DNA of 62,933 nucleotides, counting the filler, from Sphacelaria rigidula (Eukaryota): the NCBI GenBank assembly GCA_964200075.2. It is 10 parts of 10 records of this genome, joined end to end, with 100 filler letters (N's around TTAATTAATTAA, not from the genome) between each part and the next. Parts side by side here need not be neighbours in the genome. Positions count along the whole stretch, not along the records: positions 6,305 to 12,508 come from CAXNAA020021529.1; positions 12,609 to 18,812 come from CAXNAA020021530.1; positions 18,913 to 25,115 come from CAXNAA020021531.1; 7 more parts are not named here. One strand, written 5' to 3'. Made by a program: the position numbers and the translations under genes. This document shows positions 11,261 through 24,286 of this stretch, piece by piece. Below the pieces are notes generated by a model. The model ran no database searches, had not been told where the DNA came from, and saw only the letters and a program-made list of their open reading frames with translations. The first letter of the stretch is position 1. Each line of letters starts with the position of its first letter.

Positions 11261-13567
11261 TAACATTATTGGTAAGTATTGGGTTAGTTTTCCTCCTTTT
11301 GTCAAGGAAATGAAAAAAAACAATCCCTATGTGCACCAACATGACACCATGTTGCCAGCTGGAAGATATGCGACGAATCCACGACCGATGACGATCGGAA
11401 CATTTGAAGGACGAACAAAGCCAACGATGGACACAAAATGGTTTGCTGATACTGTATGACACCAGCAGGAGGGGACTAATGCCGGGATACCCCCCCCCCC
11501 CACTAAAAGTGCGCTGGAGACCATCCGACAAACCGGCTGCGATCCCATTATTGGGCTCGTTTGCAGCAATTTGGCCCACTTGAGAGGCGTGAAGTAGTCC
11601 AAAATCAGCGATTATGCCCAAATGACTCGCGTCATGCAGCAAAACACCAACTCTGACGGCATTTATGATCATCGCCTCCGTGCACTTTTTGGGCCGGCTC
11701 GAGAGGGGGGCTATCTCGGCAGCAGTCCGGGGAGTAAGATTCAACAGTGGACCCTAGAAAATGAGGTTCATACAAAATATGGGGTTGAAGTGGCATTTCC
11801 CCCTTGCAGCGAAGACGCGAAACACTTGCGACCGAGCGAAGCCATCTTCCCCCCCATATACCCGCAGCAGTTGAACAGCTGTGGCTAGCTGCACCTAACG
11901 AATGCGGTGTACACACGTGTCGATATAACAGCTGTGAAAGCTATAGAGTTTGATATTCATGAAGTTCGCTCCTAAAATCAAAACGGTCATGAAAACCTGA
12001 GGGAAGGTGGCCGCTTCGGGTCCAGTTAAACATCCGAAGAAACCATGGAACAGCAATACGAAACGTTTCCGGGATCAGCATCAGGCAGGGCTTGAACAAC
12101 GGAACAGAAATCGACAAGTTACCGTTCGTATTAGAAAACAATGCGCGTGGAACACTTTGCAGCTTGGAAAACACAGATTTTGATGGAAAGAAACTTCTCC
12201 GGGCCCCCATGTGTGTTGTATCCGCCTGTGAAAGTCTTCCCTGGTGCATCGATGCCTGGCTAGGGACAGGAAAGCCGTCCTCCCTCAGGTTTTCAAAATC
12301 GCCTTAATTTTGTGGATGAACTTCATGAATATCAAACTCTATGGGTTTCACAGATGTTGCGATATCGGTGTTGTTACCGTGATGACCTCTGAGCAGCCGG
12401 GAGGACGCGCGGTAAAGAAAGGAAAGGTAGCAATGATCCAGTTTGCCTGCCGTACAGCCGACAGCGTTGCGTGAGAGCCTCAAGACCCTTGCTGTCGGCG
12501 GTTGATGGNNNNNNNNNNNNNNNNNNNNNNNNNNNNNNNNNNNNNNNNNNNNTTAATTAATTAANNNNNNNNNNNNNNNNNNNNNNNNNNNNNNNNNNNN
12601 NNNNNNNNTGAGTACACCCCTGTACCTCGGCGAACACCCCAGATATTAGTAAGTGCGCACCCCCCACCCCCCTCCCCCCGGGCGCCCTTTTGTATGCTGC
12701 GGTACCCCACCGCGCAGCATGGTTCTGAGGTGTAGGAAACTAAACCGTTAGTCGTGGAAACAATAGCGCCCCTGTGACAGCACACGCATAAATACCGTAC
12801 GTCGCGTTCTTAACGTTGGCACAACTGATTCGAGTCGACAGTAGTTGATTTCCGCCATTCTGGGACAACGCCGCACCCCTTCGATTTCCTTGTCACGGCG
12901 CATGTATCTTTGTTTTCCGTCAAGGGTACTACTACAACTTTGCCTTTGGATGTAAGACCACAACCTTGTTGGCCTTCCAAAACAGTTGGCGGAAGTAAGC
13001 CCACGACCACGATGACCTTCCACAAAGAAATTGAGCTTCGGATGTAGGCCCACAGTTGGCCTTTCCCGATGTTTGCCCACATCACTTCAGTCTGGCCTGA
13101 TTGACCTTTTCCTGTACCTACAGATGACTCCCCTTTAGAGTATTATGGTTTTAGCGACAAAACTTGCCCTCGGGCGGAAGCCCACGAGTTTTGCGTGACC
13201 ACCCCACGATATTTGACATCACTTCAGTCCGGCCCGATTGAGTTTTTCCTTATAGTATCAGATGGTCCCCGTCCCTTGTCAAGGAGAGAGAACTGGTTCC
13301 GTAACCGCGCAGGGGTTTCTTGTGCGCATGTCCCCCCTTAATAGTGCAAAGTGTATTATTTGGCTGTACTACGGAAATATACTCGAGCTCGAACATTTTC
13401 TCTTGTAGAAGAGACGCCTTCGGACACGGCCCACGTGCCCCTTCCATCTGCCGCTGCCCTGGCTGCTTCCCAGCACCCACCCCCCCGATCTGGTCAAATA
13501 TCGGATCGTACCCTCCCCCAACGCCGGTTGTATCGTAAGCCTATATTTGAGTTGCTACGACACGCCG

Positions 13568-13693
13568 TCCGCATCCCTCGGTAATGCGCCGAGCGCCGAG
13601 CTCACCTTGTAGGATTTCAGAACCCTAATCCGCATCCCTCGGTAACGCGCCGAGCGCCGTGCTCACCTTGGAGGATTTCAAAACCCTAATCCG
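13568..13693 (+). repeat. Tandem duplication of a ~61-bp unit ending AACCCTAAT
   Basis: ccgcatccctcggtaa.gcgccgagcgccg.gctcaccttg.aggatttca.aaccctaat occurs twice. Confidence 0.9.
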
Positions 13694-15172
13694 ATCTGGT
13701 CAGATACCAGATCGTAACCCCCCCCCTTCCGCTGCATTGTAGCCCCCCACCGGTGTTGGTACCGTGTTTCTTTGTGCTGAATTCACCTTCTTGGTTATTC
13801 CGTGTCCAGTAACCGTAGTCACATTTCTTGTCCCTATCGCACCTCTGTCCGTGTCCCCTGAGCACCTAATTCTTCTTTTTCTTCTTGTCTTCGAGATTTC
13901 TTTAGGCGACGCGAGGAATGTAGATTTTGTTCAGCCTCCCGCATGCTTGGAATTTTGATGACTCATTCTCTGGATGTGTTTGTTGTTGTCACTGCTCAAC
14001 CCCCTGCCGCCAGCCAAGAGAGCTCGCCGCACGGGAGTTCTCCCTTACATCGTCTTGTTGCACGGGTCCTTGGTTACAACGTGTACTGCTGGTTATACCG
14101 CCCTTGTTGTAGGCCGTATTCATACCCGACGACTGTTTTAGGTCGAGGTGAGTAACTGCATTCCGACAAATCATCTGGATGTATTCGTTGTTTGTTCTAC
14201 CCCTATCCCGTAGCGCAGCCTGGTCAGCTAGCGACACGGGTGTGTTCCCTTGTATCGTTCCGTTGCGCGTGGTCCAGTGTTCCACCGGGAATGACCGCTT
14301 ATACCGCCCTAGTTGTAGGCCGTACTTTCGCCGGACGATTGCTTTGAGTTGGGTATTGCGCTCTGACGAGTTGTTTGTTTGTTTTTAATTCGCACTTCGT
14401 TTTCGCTCATATCACGCGATAGTTGATCCGCCGCGCTGAACGACAAGTTCTCCCCAACAACCTTTGGCTCGTTACCTTGAGTGTCGTCTTGGATGGGCTA
14501 GTGCCCACCCTCGCAAAGGTTTTGAATTCGCACTTCGGGCGCACCTAACCTGAACATCGGCTGTATCCCGGCTTTCATCTCCCTGTTGCTGCGTAGCCCC
14601 CCCATTGCATTGTACTTCACGCTGCACGCCTTTTTCAAGCGAGGTTTGCTACTTCAAACGCCCTGCCAAAAAACGGGCGGGGTGCCACTCTCGTTGTACG
14701 CGACGGATGTTTCGGGACGGAGTCGGACAAAGACGTGGAGCTCACTTGGATCTACGTCCGACCAGCGTAGTCGCCGCGATGCTATGCCGCCACTGCGTTT
14801 TCCCTCCCCTTTTCCCGGCTTGTCTGTCATTCCGTCCTTGTTCCGTTGGTAGATGAAAGTCTACGCGTGCGTACCATTTAGTGCGTTACTTTGTAGATGG
14901 ACTTGAGTGTGTGTTGTTTTGTTTAACATAGGTGTCGCGTGGATACAACGTTTTCCTTTTCGTGGATTGAACGTTTGATGCTGTGTCGGATCGCAGCGAT
15001 GCTCGCCCTTTAAACGTGTGGGAGAGAGATTTTGTTTTCTCCGCTGCATGCTTTTGTACCAGTGTAGTGTAGAAGAGCCCTTTCTCGTTGAATTACGCAA
15101 TTCCTCGGCGTAATTACATTGTGCCGAGGGGATGTAATTCAACTGCATAAGGACTCGTCTCGGATGGGCTAG

Positions 15173-15619
15173 TGTGATGAAGCTCAGAGGCGTTGCAAGA
15201 TATACACTGTGCGGGTCTGCTCGTAGACCCTGGATTCCGTGACGCGTTGTTATCGCGTCTGCTACTGTCATTAGTTAGGGTTGTTCAGCCGCGGCCGCAG
15301 GCCGCGTCGCCCCATCTAATCAGTTACCGGCTTGCCTTGGTCTCTACCCTGGGCCATCACTACGCTCTTCTCCTATGGCTGCGCCCCGGCTATGCTGAGT
15401 AAGAGAGGCTTGTAGATAAAACATGATGCTAAGCAAACACATGAGTTCCTTATCAAGAGTTTGAACATGGATGAAGCTACTTTGTGATAGTCAAGGAAGG
15501 ATAGCTAGGTCTGTGTGAGGTTGCCCACGTGGGAGCTTGGTGGGTTGGCACCATGGTATCTCCTGGCACACATACTGAGAGACCCCAGCCAGTACATTAG
15601 CAACTCCCTCCATATGACA
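15173..15619 (+). mobile_element. LTR copy 1 of Gypsy family A (447 bp)
   Basis: Starts TGTGAT, ends ATGACA; preceded by purine-rich GGATGGGCTAG (PPT) and followed by a PBS; near-identical copy at 17245..17691. Confidence 0.85.
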
Positions 15620-15621
15620 AT

Positions 15622-15639
15622 TGGCGTCGACGGTAGGGT
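15622..15639 (+). promoter_or_regulatory. Primer-binding site TGGCGTCGACGGTAGGGT (probably tRNA-Ser); second copy at 17694..17711
   Basis: Begins TGG 2 nt after the LTR-terminal CA; complementary to a ...ACCCTRCCGTCGACG-CCA 3' end typical of eukaryotic tRNA-Ser. Confidence 0.75.
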
Positions 15640-15644
15640 AGGGC

Positions 15645-17079
15645 TGGAACTGAGCATTTTGTCTCGGACGGCGACCAACTCCTGCCTCTCACAGGCCATG
15701 CTAATTTGGAACCTGGCGATGTCTTGGGCATCGCCGCGGCTCCTCTTATGCACATTCCTCTGGAAACCTGTGTCGCCGACCCTCCGGCGCCTGATCTTAC
15801 GCCGCCGACTGACGGTTTTGTCCACTGCGTCGATGAGCCATACTTCGATCTCTCCGCCCCATCGCCGACTCAGATTCCCGCGGTGGAATCCGACAGACCC
15901 CCTGCTGAACCTCCTGATGAAGTGCTTCAACGCTTGTCAGTCGATTCTCGGGAACAATTCTTGCAAATGTGGCACCAACTTCCACCTCATTTGCGTGATA
16001 TCCATTTTGACCTCCATGGTCCGGGCTGGGAGCCCACCGTCAACCAAGAGCTACAAGATGTTCTCCTGGCATGTCATTTCACGATCCAAGACGGATATCG
16101 GGCATTGTAAAACATGGCCATTCGAGATAACACTGCAAACTGGCGTTTCGCCAATCTCATCTTGACCATATCGAACGAATCCCCTCCTCACCAAAAAAGT
16201 CAATGCTATTTTGGATGCCTACTTGGGAGCTGGTCTGATTCAACACTCGTCTTCGCCATGGGCCTCACCCCTCGTGGTCGTCCCCAAAAAAGATGGCAAT
16301 ATACGCATCACCGTGAACTACAAACGGCTGAACCGCGTCACTGTCGTGGGAAAACTTCCCATATCTCGCATCGACGAAGTCTTCGACTCTCTTGGCGAAG
16401 GAAAAATATTCAGCAGTTTCGATCTAGCATCTGGATTTTTCCAAAATGCAATTCACCCCGATACAGTTCCCTTGACAGCGTTCTGTACATCTTCGGGCTT
16501 TTTGAATGGCTTCGTATGCCACAAGGCGCTGCCACCGCACCTGGCTGCTTTCAACGCCTCATGCAACGCGTTTCTGACGGTCTCGAGCATGTTATTATGT
16601 ATCTCAACGATGCTATCGCTTTTGATGCCTCCCCCAAGGCGCATGTTCGCACTCTACGGGAACTTCTCTCCCACTTGCGTACACACAACTTGAAATTGTC
16701 TCCATCCAAAGCTCGACTCGGAGCCACTGATCAGATTTCTTGGGACACTCTATCTCTCCTGCTGGATTGCACCCAGACACGAACAGGGTCAAAGCTGTGA
16801 CTGATATGCCCATGCCCACCAATATTTCGCAGCTTCGCTCGCTGTTAGGTGGCCTTTCCTACGATCGCAAATTTTTGCCCAACTCGTCCAAGCGGATCCG
16901 GCCCATCACAGATTTACTGAAGAAAAACGTCCCGTTTGACTTCAATAAAGACATGGAGGCCACAGTCCGCGAACTGCTCAAAACACTGACCGAAAAACCG
17001 GTTCTTTGTTTTCCGGATTGGGATGCGGTACAAGACGGCTCACGTCTTTTCCAACTACACACCGATGCTAGCACAGATG
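15645..17079 (+). pseudogene. pol: Internally deleted Gypsy pol fragment (post-protease linker, RT, start of RNase H)
   Basis: SSSPWASPLVVVPKKDG, VNYKRLN, FDLASGFFQ, RMPQG, YLND (mutated YLDD), LHTDAS; frameshifts; nearly identical to 41290-42724 on the minus strand. Confidence 0.92.
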
Positions 17080-17244
17080 AACTTGAGGTGTGGGAGAGAG
17101 AATATTTTTTCTTTGTTTCATGCTTTTGTACGAGTGTAGTGTGGAAGAGCCCTTGCTCGTTGAATTACGAAACTCCTCGGCGTAATTACATGATGCCGAG
17201 GTGATGTAATTCAACTGCATAAGGACTCGTCTAGGATGGGCTAG

Positions 17245-17691
17245 TGTGATGAAGCTCAGAGGCGTTGCAAGATATACACTGTGCGGGTCTGCTCGTAGAC
17301 CCTGGATTCCGTGACGCGTTGTTATCGCGCCTGCTACTGTCATTAGTTAGGGTTGTTCAGCCGCAGCGGTAGGCCGCGTCGCCCTATCTAATCAGTTACC
17401 GGCTTGCCTTGGTCTCTACCCTGGGCCATCACTACACTCTTCTCCTATGGCTGCGCCCCGGCTATGCTGAGTAAGAGAGGCTTGTAGATAAAACATGATG
17501 CTAAGCAAACACATGAGTTCCTTATCAAGAGTTTGAACATGGATGAAGCTACTTTGTGATAGTCAAGGAAGGATAGCTAGGTCTGTGTGAGGTTGCCCAC
17601 GTGGGAGCTTGGTGGGTTGGCACCATGGTATCTCCTGGCACACATACTGAGAGACCCCAGCCAGTACATTAGCAACTCCCTCCATATGACA
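17245..17691 (+). mobile_element. LTR copy 2 of Gypsy family A
   Basis: Direct repeat of 15173..15619 at offset 2072, again with PPT before and PBS after. Confidence 0.85.
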
Positions 17692-17716
17692 ATTGGCGTC
17701 GACGGTAGGGTAGGGC

Positions 17717-18812
17717 TGGCACTGAGCATTTTGTCTCGGACGGCGACCAACTCCTGCCTCTCACAGGCCATGCTAATTTGGAACCTGGCGATGTCTTGGG
17801 CATCGCCGCGGCTCCTCTTATGCACATTCCTCTGGAAACCTGTGTCGCCGACCCTCCGACACCTGATCTTACGCCGCCGACTGACGGCTTTGTCCACTGC
17901 ATCGATGAGTCATACTTCAATCTCTCCGCCCCATCGTCGACTCCGACTTCTGCGGTGAAATCTGACTGACCCCCTGCTGAACCTCCTGATGAAGTGCTTC
18001 AACGCTTGTCAGTCGATTCTCGGGGACAACTCTTGAAAATGTGGCATCAACTTCCACTTCATTTGCGTGATATTCATTTTGACCTACATGGTCCGGGCTG
18101 GGAGCCCGCCGTCATCCAAGAGCTACAAGATGTTCTCCTGGAATATCAGGACAAATTTTCACGATCCAAGACGGATCTCGGGTATTGTAAAATATTGTCA
18201 TTCGAGATAACACTGCAACCTGGCGTTTCGCCAATCTCATCTCGACCATATCGAACGAATCCCCTCCTCACCAAAAAAGTCAATGCTAATTTGGATGCCT
18301 ACTTAGGAGCTGGTCTGATTCAACACTCGTCTTTGCCATGGGCCTCACCCCTCGTGGTCGTCCCCCAAAAAGATGGCAACATACGCGTCACCGTAAACTA
18401 CAAACGGCTGAACCGCGTGACTGTCGTGGGAAAACTCCCCATACCTCGCATCGACGAAGTCTTCGACTCTCTTGGCGAAGGAAAAATATTCAGCACCTTC
18501 GATCTGGCCTCTGGATTTTTCAAAAATGCAATTCATCCCGATACAGTTCCCTTAAAAGTGTTCTGTACATATTCAGGGCGTTTTGAATGGCTTCGTATGC
18601 CACAAGGCGCTGCCACCGAAACTTGCTGCTTTCAACGCCTCATGCAGCGCGTTACTGACGGTCTTGAGCATGTTATCATGTATCAAGACGATGCTATCGC
18701 TTTTGATGCCTCCCCCAAGGCGCATGTTCGCACTCTACGGGAATTTCTCTCCCGCTTGCGTACACACGACTTGAAATTGTCTCCATCCAAAGCTCGACTC
18801 GGAGCCACTGAA
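17717..18812 (+). pseudogene. pol: Second tandem copy of the deleted Gypsy pol/RT fragment (runs off contig)
   Basis: ORF 17994.. carries RT motifs with YQDD in place of YLDD; same 5' deletion junction as copy 1. Confidence 0.92.
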
Positions 18813-18987
18813 NNNNNNNNNNNNNNNNNNNNNNNNNNNNNNNNNNNNNNNNNNNNTTAATTAATTAANNNNNNNNNNNNNNNNNNNNNNNNNNNNNNNN
18901 NNNNNNNNNNNNGAAAGCACTGTTTTAGGCTTGAGCCTCATCTCGAAGTTAAACCTCAATTCTCACAATTTGTTGTTATTTGGAGAA

Positions 18988-19670
18988 ATGCCTTTTTGGA
19001 GCTTTTACGTCGTTTCACGCCCTGAAAGAGAGCTAGGTGGGGTTTGACACCTTGGAATGATGTGCTCTACCAGTTGAGGCGGTTTCAGGACATCTTCCCG
19101 CACGGGTGGCCACTGAGGTCTGTAACCTGGCCATTTTGGGACATTATCCACCTTTGGCAAGGTCCGCGGGTTGGGTAGACAACTGAAGAGCATTCGCATA
19201 GCATGGACAGGATCGAAACAAAACATGTCCCAGTTTATAGGCGGGTGACTCCCCTGTAGACTGGAACATGCTTTGTTTCAAACCTGTCCATGCTGTGCGA
19301 ATGCTCTTCAGTTGTCCACCTAATCCGCGGACCTTACCAAATGTGGATAAGGTCCCAAAATGGCCAGGTTACAGACCCCGGTGGCCACCCGTGCGTTCTC
19401 CGGTGGCCGCAGTTTTTATTTTAGCCAAACAAGCATTTTTGTCCAAGAACCACCAAGCCCAGAGAAAAATGGCGATTTATCCTAGATGTGACTGTTTTTG
19501 ACCGTTCTTGGACAAAAATTCCTGTTTGTCCGAAGTAAAACCTGTGGCCACCAGAGAACGGGAACATGTCCTGGAACTGCCTCAACGAGTAGAGCAAGTT
19601 ATTCCAATATATCAAACTCTGCCTAGCTCTCTTTCAGGGCGTAAAACGACGTAAAAGCTCCAAAACGGCA
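18988..19670. mobile_element. Foldback / long-TIR non-autonomous element
   Basis: Outer arms 18990-19050 vs 19610-19670 and inner arms ~19085-19226 vs ~19266-19395 are reverse complements. Confidence 0.75.
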
Positions 19671-19696
19671 CCTTTTCAGGTGTTTCTATTTTTTTC

Positions 19697-19930
19697 TGTT
19701 ATAAGGAGCGGCCTATGACGCCAGCCAGTGGAAGCACTGTTGGATCACTGCTGTTGAGGGACTCCCCAGTGTTACTGGCCTCAGTTTCAGTTGTCAGCCT
19801 TTACAATGTTCTCATTATTCAGGAGTGACCTTCCGGGGCACCAGCTAGACCTGCAGTCACCATATCCGTGCCCTCAGTCATTTTCCATATCATCACTATC
19901 AACTCAAAGTAACGGCATATTTTCGTCACA
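19697..19930 (-). mobile_element. Probable 3' LTR of Gypsy family B
   Basis: TGT...ACA termini; preceded on the minus strand by G-rich TTTGGGGGTGC just after the integrase/chromodomain stop. Confidence 0.55.
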
Positions 19931-20007
19931 GCACCCCCAAAGCGCGTTGGATGAAAGTGGATGAACAAGCTTGACACATAGAAAACGCCACCAACACGAT
20001 GAGTGAG

Positions 20008-20975
20008 TCACAATTGAATACCAAACTCACTCGCAATGCGAGCAGCAACGGCACGAGTCACGCGCAATTCACGCAACTCCTTCGTGAGAAATTCCGGGGC
20101 GGCCTCAAAAATATCCTTGAAAGGCTCCCACGTGCGCTCCTCAACTTCGAAACCAACCCAGTCGACCAAGATGATCAACGAAAGATCGTCTGCTTCTGCC
20201 ACTCGGACAATACCAGCCATCTGAAATTGCCCCTGATTGAAGAATGCTGGAACATGTCCTTAACGTCAGCCGTAACATTAAGCTGCAAGTCTGCATAACA
20301 ACACAAACGAGCTACATGGGCTATCTGAACACGACCCGAAACAATGTTCTGAATCTCAAACACGTGCGGGTGGTGAGCACCAACCACTCTCCATGGACCA
20401 GTCTACGTCGCCATTAACTTGGGCGTAACACCTGGACGACGTACGCGTTCATACAAGTCATAGTCACCTACCTCAAAATTCGGCAATTGCAGCCCCGACG
20501 AAGACCCCTCACGTCTACGCGCACGTTCAGCGGCAACATGTTCCTGCACTTGAACGTGGAAACGTTCTTGCAAGTCCAAGACTCCTTGCAAGGCACTCTT
20601 AATTTGAACATCGTCCAAAACATCACAATTCCATTCCCCCGCCGACGAAGACGCCAGCACCGAGAAAGACGTCCGAGGAGCACGACCAAACATCACGTGG
20701 TACGGCGTACTATTGTTTCGACGAGGATACGCTGTATTAAGCGCCCATTGCACCGCTGGCAACACGTCCACCCACTCGGAAACCGCTCTACGCTGCTCGA
20801 GAAGAACAGAGCGAAGAGCACGAACTACTTCCTTGACCATGCGTTCGCACGTACCGTTAGACCACGGAGAACACGCTACTGCAAACTGGCGATCAACGCA
20901 CAAAGCCTCTCGAAATCGGGCCAAGATCGCATTCGTGAAATGCATGGCGGTATCACTCGCGACAACCTCTGGTGG
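20008..20975 (-). pseudogene. Gypsy family B integrase core plus chromodomain (chromovirus-like), degenerate
   Basis: SDTAMHF, PWSNGTCER, W...LPAVQWALN, TPYHVMFG, KLMAT*TGPW, and chromodomain LVDWVGFEVEERTWEP; one stop and a frameshift. Confidence 0.88.
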
Positions 20976-21200
20976 CTAGGCCAAACCCACTCCACAGACC
21001 TCATCGCGCCTGACACATACATCGTGCGCTTCATCGATGACCCCGGACCCGTGCAGCTCAAGCTCCGCCCAGAGCTCTATACCACCAGTCCATCGGCACC
21101 ACGAGGATCTTGGTGTCTCCAGCGACACAAGTCCAAAGGCCTCCGTCGTGGAATTCAACATAACATCGATCGCACACACGATATCAACGTACCGCTTTGA
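20961..21200 (+). pseudogene. C-terminal pol tail of a diverged Gypsy family A copy (PWWP/Tudor-like module)
   Basis: LWWLGQ...DTYIVRFIDDPGPVQLKLRPELYTTSPSAPRGSWCLQ is homologous to 38055-38300 on the minus strand. Confidence 0.85.
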
Positions 21201-21950
21201 ACTTGCATAGCTTTCTTCCCTCCACCTCCTCGACGTTTATCCTTTTTCTTTTCTGCTCTTCCTCTGTCGCTGTCTTTTAGATATATATATATACATATGT
21301 TTTTTTCCCTTCTCCAACCACTCAGGACACACCAGGCCGCCCGCCAACTCCTTCAACACCTTGCAACCGGAGCTTCCTCAGCGCCCAACGTCTGACCACG
21401 ACTGGACCTTGCCTGGCGCATCTCCATCCCCGGCTACTGGAGCTTTTCGCATTTTGGCTGTTGATTTGTATGACTGACGCTGGACCGCTTGCAGTCTTGG
21501 AGTTGCTGATTCCCTTGCTTTTCTCAGCCGCCACGTGCTCGCCGCATGTAATGCACCTTTTGGCGGTTGACTTTGGTACTCACGTGATGTTGTACCCCTG
21601 ATATGACTTCCCTTTTGTCTCTGTATTTTGGCTAGCACGCCGAAGCATTTTAATGTTCGTCTGTTGAGTTCGCTAGCCCGCAGCAGCATTATGTGCTCCT
21701 GCGTCTTCAAGCGCACTTGCGCTTTTCGGTAGCAGATTACGCTCACCTTGTTTGAGGTGTGGGAGGATCGGGCAACGGAGTGGATGTTGCCCTCGTCGTG
21801 TGGGATGTACCTTACCTTTTCTTAGTCACTATGGTCGAGTGCTTTTATAGCATTGAGTTCGCCTCCCTTGTTGTTCATGACTTGACGTGGAGAAAAATCT
21901 CGATTTTCGTTGCTTTTCGAGATTTCTCATCGCAACTGTAATAATGGTTC

Positions 21951-22290
21951 CTCTGGATGGGCGAGTATCATGAAGCTAGGAGGCGTCTAAGATCAAATAT
22001 GGGATTCTATCGTTGCGGGTCTGATCAAGCTTGACTAGGCAGGATGTGAGACTGAAAAAAAGGTACAGGCATGGGCCCTTGAGCCCTTCCCGCGGTACTC
22101 GCCCGGGTGGAGCCGATTGTTAAGCCATTGCTATAGCCGGAGAACAGCTGAGAGAGCATTGAAAGGAGCGATAACAAATACGAGTGAACATGAGTCTTTT
22201 GTATCAAGTGGGTATAGCTTACTGCGTCAAACTATTGTAGTGTGACCTGATTTCGGACAAAGCCTGACCCCTGTCAGGAGATCAACAGGC
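21951..22290 (+). mobile_element. PPT and diverged 3' LTR of the family A copy (right boundary uncertain)
   Basis: ggatgggcgag|tatcatgaagctaggaggcgt resembles ggatgggctag|tgtgatgaagctcagaggcgt at 15162; tgcgggtctg and catgagt..tatcaag also shared. Confidence 0.6.
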
Positions 22291-22588
22291 ATCTGACTTG
22301 GCCGGTTGCACGAGAGAGTGCATCCCGCCTAACACTATAACAATATTATGGGGTAGAATGATGGCGCGGAAGTGTGGTACTGCAAAACAGATAATTGGTA
22401 CGACGATGAGACGTATTAAAATGCACTCGAAGTACTTATACTTCGTACCTTGCGTACAAGTACATACGCAATGTATGCGGAACAAGTGATGCGAAATAGT
22501 CTATAATAAACATATAAACATGCAACATACGTAATTCAAGCATCAACACATGCATCCATACATGTAGATATACGTAATACATACTTAG

Positions 22589-23258
22589 CACTACACCGGA
22601 GTACATGTGTACTGCTATACATACATGAGAAGTGCATTACAAACGCGCAAAGTGCGTTCAAACCTCCTCTCTGGCGTTGACATACTGATTTTGGTGTGCT
22701 CTTGGCGTTAACATAATGATTTTAGTGTACTCTTGGCGTTAATATACTGATTTTAGTGTAGAAGTGTGGAAGCCCGGGGATGCACCACGAATCATCCCCG
22801 CTTTTGCGGTAAATAGAGGTAAATTATTAAAATTGCTGATTTCAGGAAATTACGGTAAGTTATTAGTCTAATCTGGGGTAATCGACACCCTTGAAATACT
22901 CTACTCAAAATTTGAGGACTAAAGTATGACTCAACGCGCAGCCATTCGGCTTGTGTTTGACAATCCTCTATCGTGATTTTCATCCTCTCCAGGGTAAAGT
23001 GATCCTCCGGAGGATAAAAATATCCTCTAAAAGGTATTTTATCCCCAGTTCCGGTCATAAAACGAATCCTCTAGAGGGCACATGACTCCCTTAAGCACAC
23101 ATTTTGCTGAGGGTTGCCTCTGGAGAAATTTGGGGAAACAATACTCTCCAGGGTGTGAATTCCCCTCTGGGTTTTGCGCTACATCAATCTCTGGACGACA
23201 TTTGGTCCTGACTGCCTCCAGAGCACCTTTGGGACCCCAGCTATCTTGTGTTGTAGTA
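22589..23258. mobile_element. Possible non-autonomous CACTA-type element
   Basis: Starts CACTACA, ends TGTAGTA; TAG on both flanks; internal 30-bp x3 repeat (22670-22760) and CCTC(C/T)(A/G)GAG motifs; TIR match is short. Confidence 0.4.
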
Positions 23259-24286
23259 TAGACCATCACCCGAAGATGTATATCACCCGCCGTTCACAGG
23301 TCGAACCATCCACCCCACAACACTTATTCCCAGCTACCACCACAACCTTGCAGCAAAGAGCACGAGTTGGGCACGGGGATAGAGATACACACTGCCGTGG
23401 TTACGTATGATGTACTCCTTGTTGGTGGATTCTCGAGCATCTTCTTTCATGGTCGCGGCATCGCGCGGCGACGGAACCACGCGGGGTATAGGGTGGGGAA
23501 TAACCGGCTTATTGCATACGCACTCATCACGGACAGTGCAGGCCAAGCAAAGCTATACGATGCTCGAGTCCTTTTCACGTCGCACTGTAGGTAAAGAACA
23601 TATATTATCCTGCGCTGTCTGTACTGTACTTTTCCTGCTTCTCTTTCACGCCCTACTTACCGTGCTGCAGTTGTGCGCATTTGCCGCAAGAACGTGCTTG
23701 TGAACTGCAGTTCCTGAAGGCATATAGCACCCCCATATATAAAAGTAACCTGCAGGCATACACATTGTATAGTCATACGTAGCGCATATGCCGCGCTAAC
23801 TCTGCAGTGTATGGCACCGCACGTATAAGCACGGTATGACACCGTCCTGCATGGTATTGTACAGTCCAGCACTGCTTATTGTTGTGATTATACATCCCCA
23901 TCAGAGTACAGCATAAACCGCGATGGTATTTTTTCGCGTTTTTAATCCGAAAATTGTTTCGTGTGTTGTTTCGGTCGACATGGGACTACGAGGTGTTGCT
24001 GAGCTATGTAGATATAGATTGCCCTGTGTCCAGGGCGCTTCCAATTTCAATTTATTTCGGTGTTTGTGACGTTGCAGTCTCGGATTTCGGCGGTAAAGCC
24101 GGAGTGGTCTCGGCTAGATCTTTCAACCCTAAATAAAGGTCTGTTCGTAACTCATCTTGTATTTACACGTGGTATCTATCTCCTTACGGTAGGTAATGGA
24201 GGAACTGGTGAACTATTTTCAGTACCAAAACGCCCAGGTATTGATATGGTCCCTTCTTCCCCCCGGCCTCGGCCTCGAGCGCTGAG

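Noticed and set aside
13620..13692. Telomere or interstitial telomeric array (AACCCTAA)
   Set aside because: Only two isolated units, each inside a 61-bp tandem duplication
15515..16165. 216-aa ORF, and a minus-strand HMEGVANVLA peptide resembling DIRS RNase H
   Set aside because: Both span the LTR/PBS/pol junction in non-pol frames; the LTR-PBS structure explains the sequence
20487..21200. 237-aa ORF as a single gene
   Set aside because: The first two-thirds is the antisense of family B integrase; only the last ~80 codons are real coding relic
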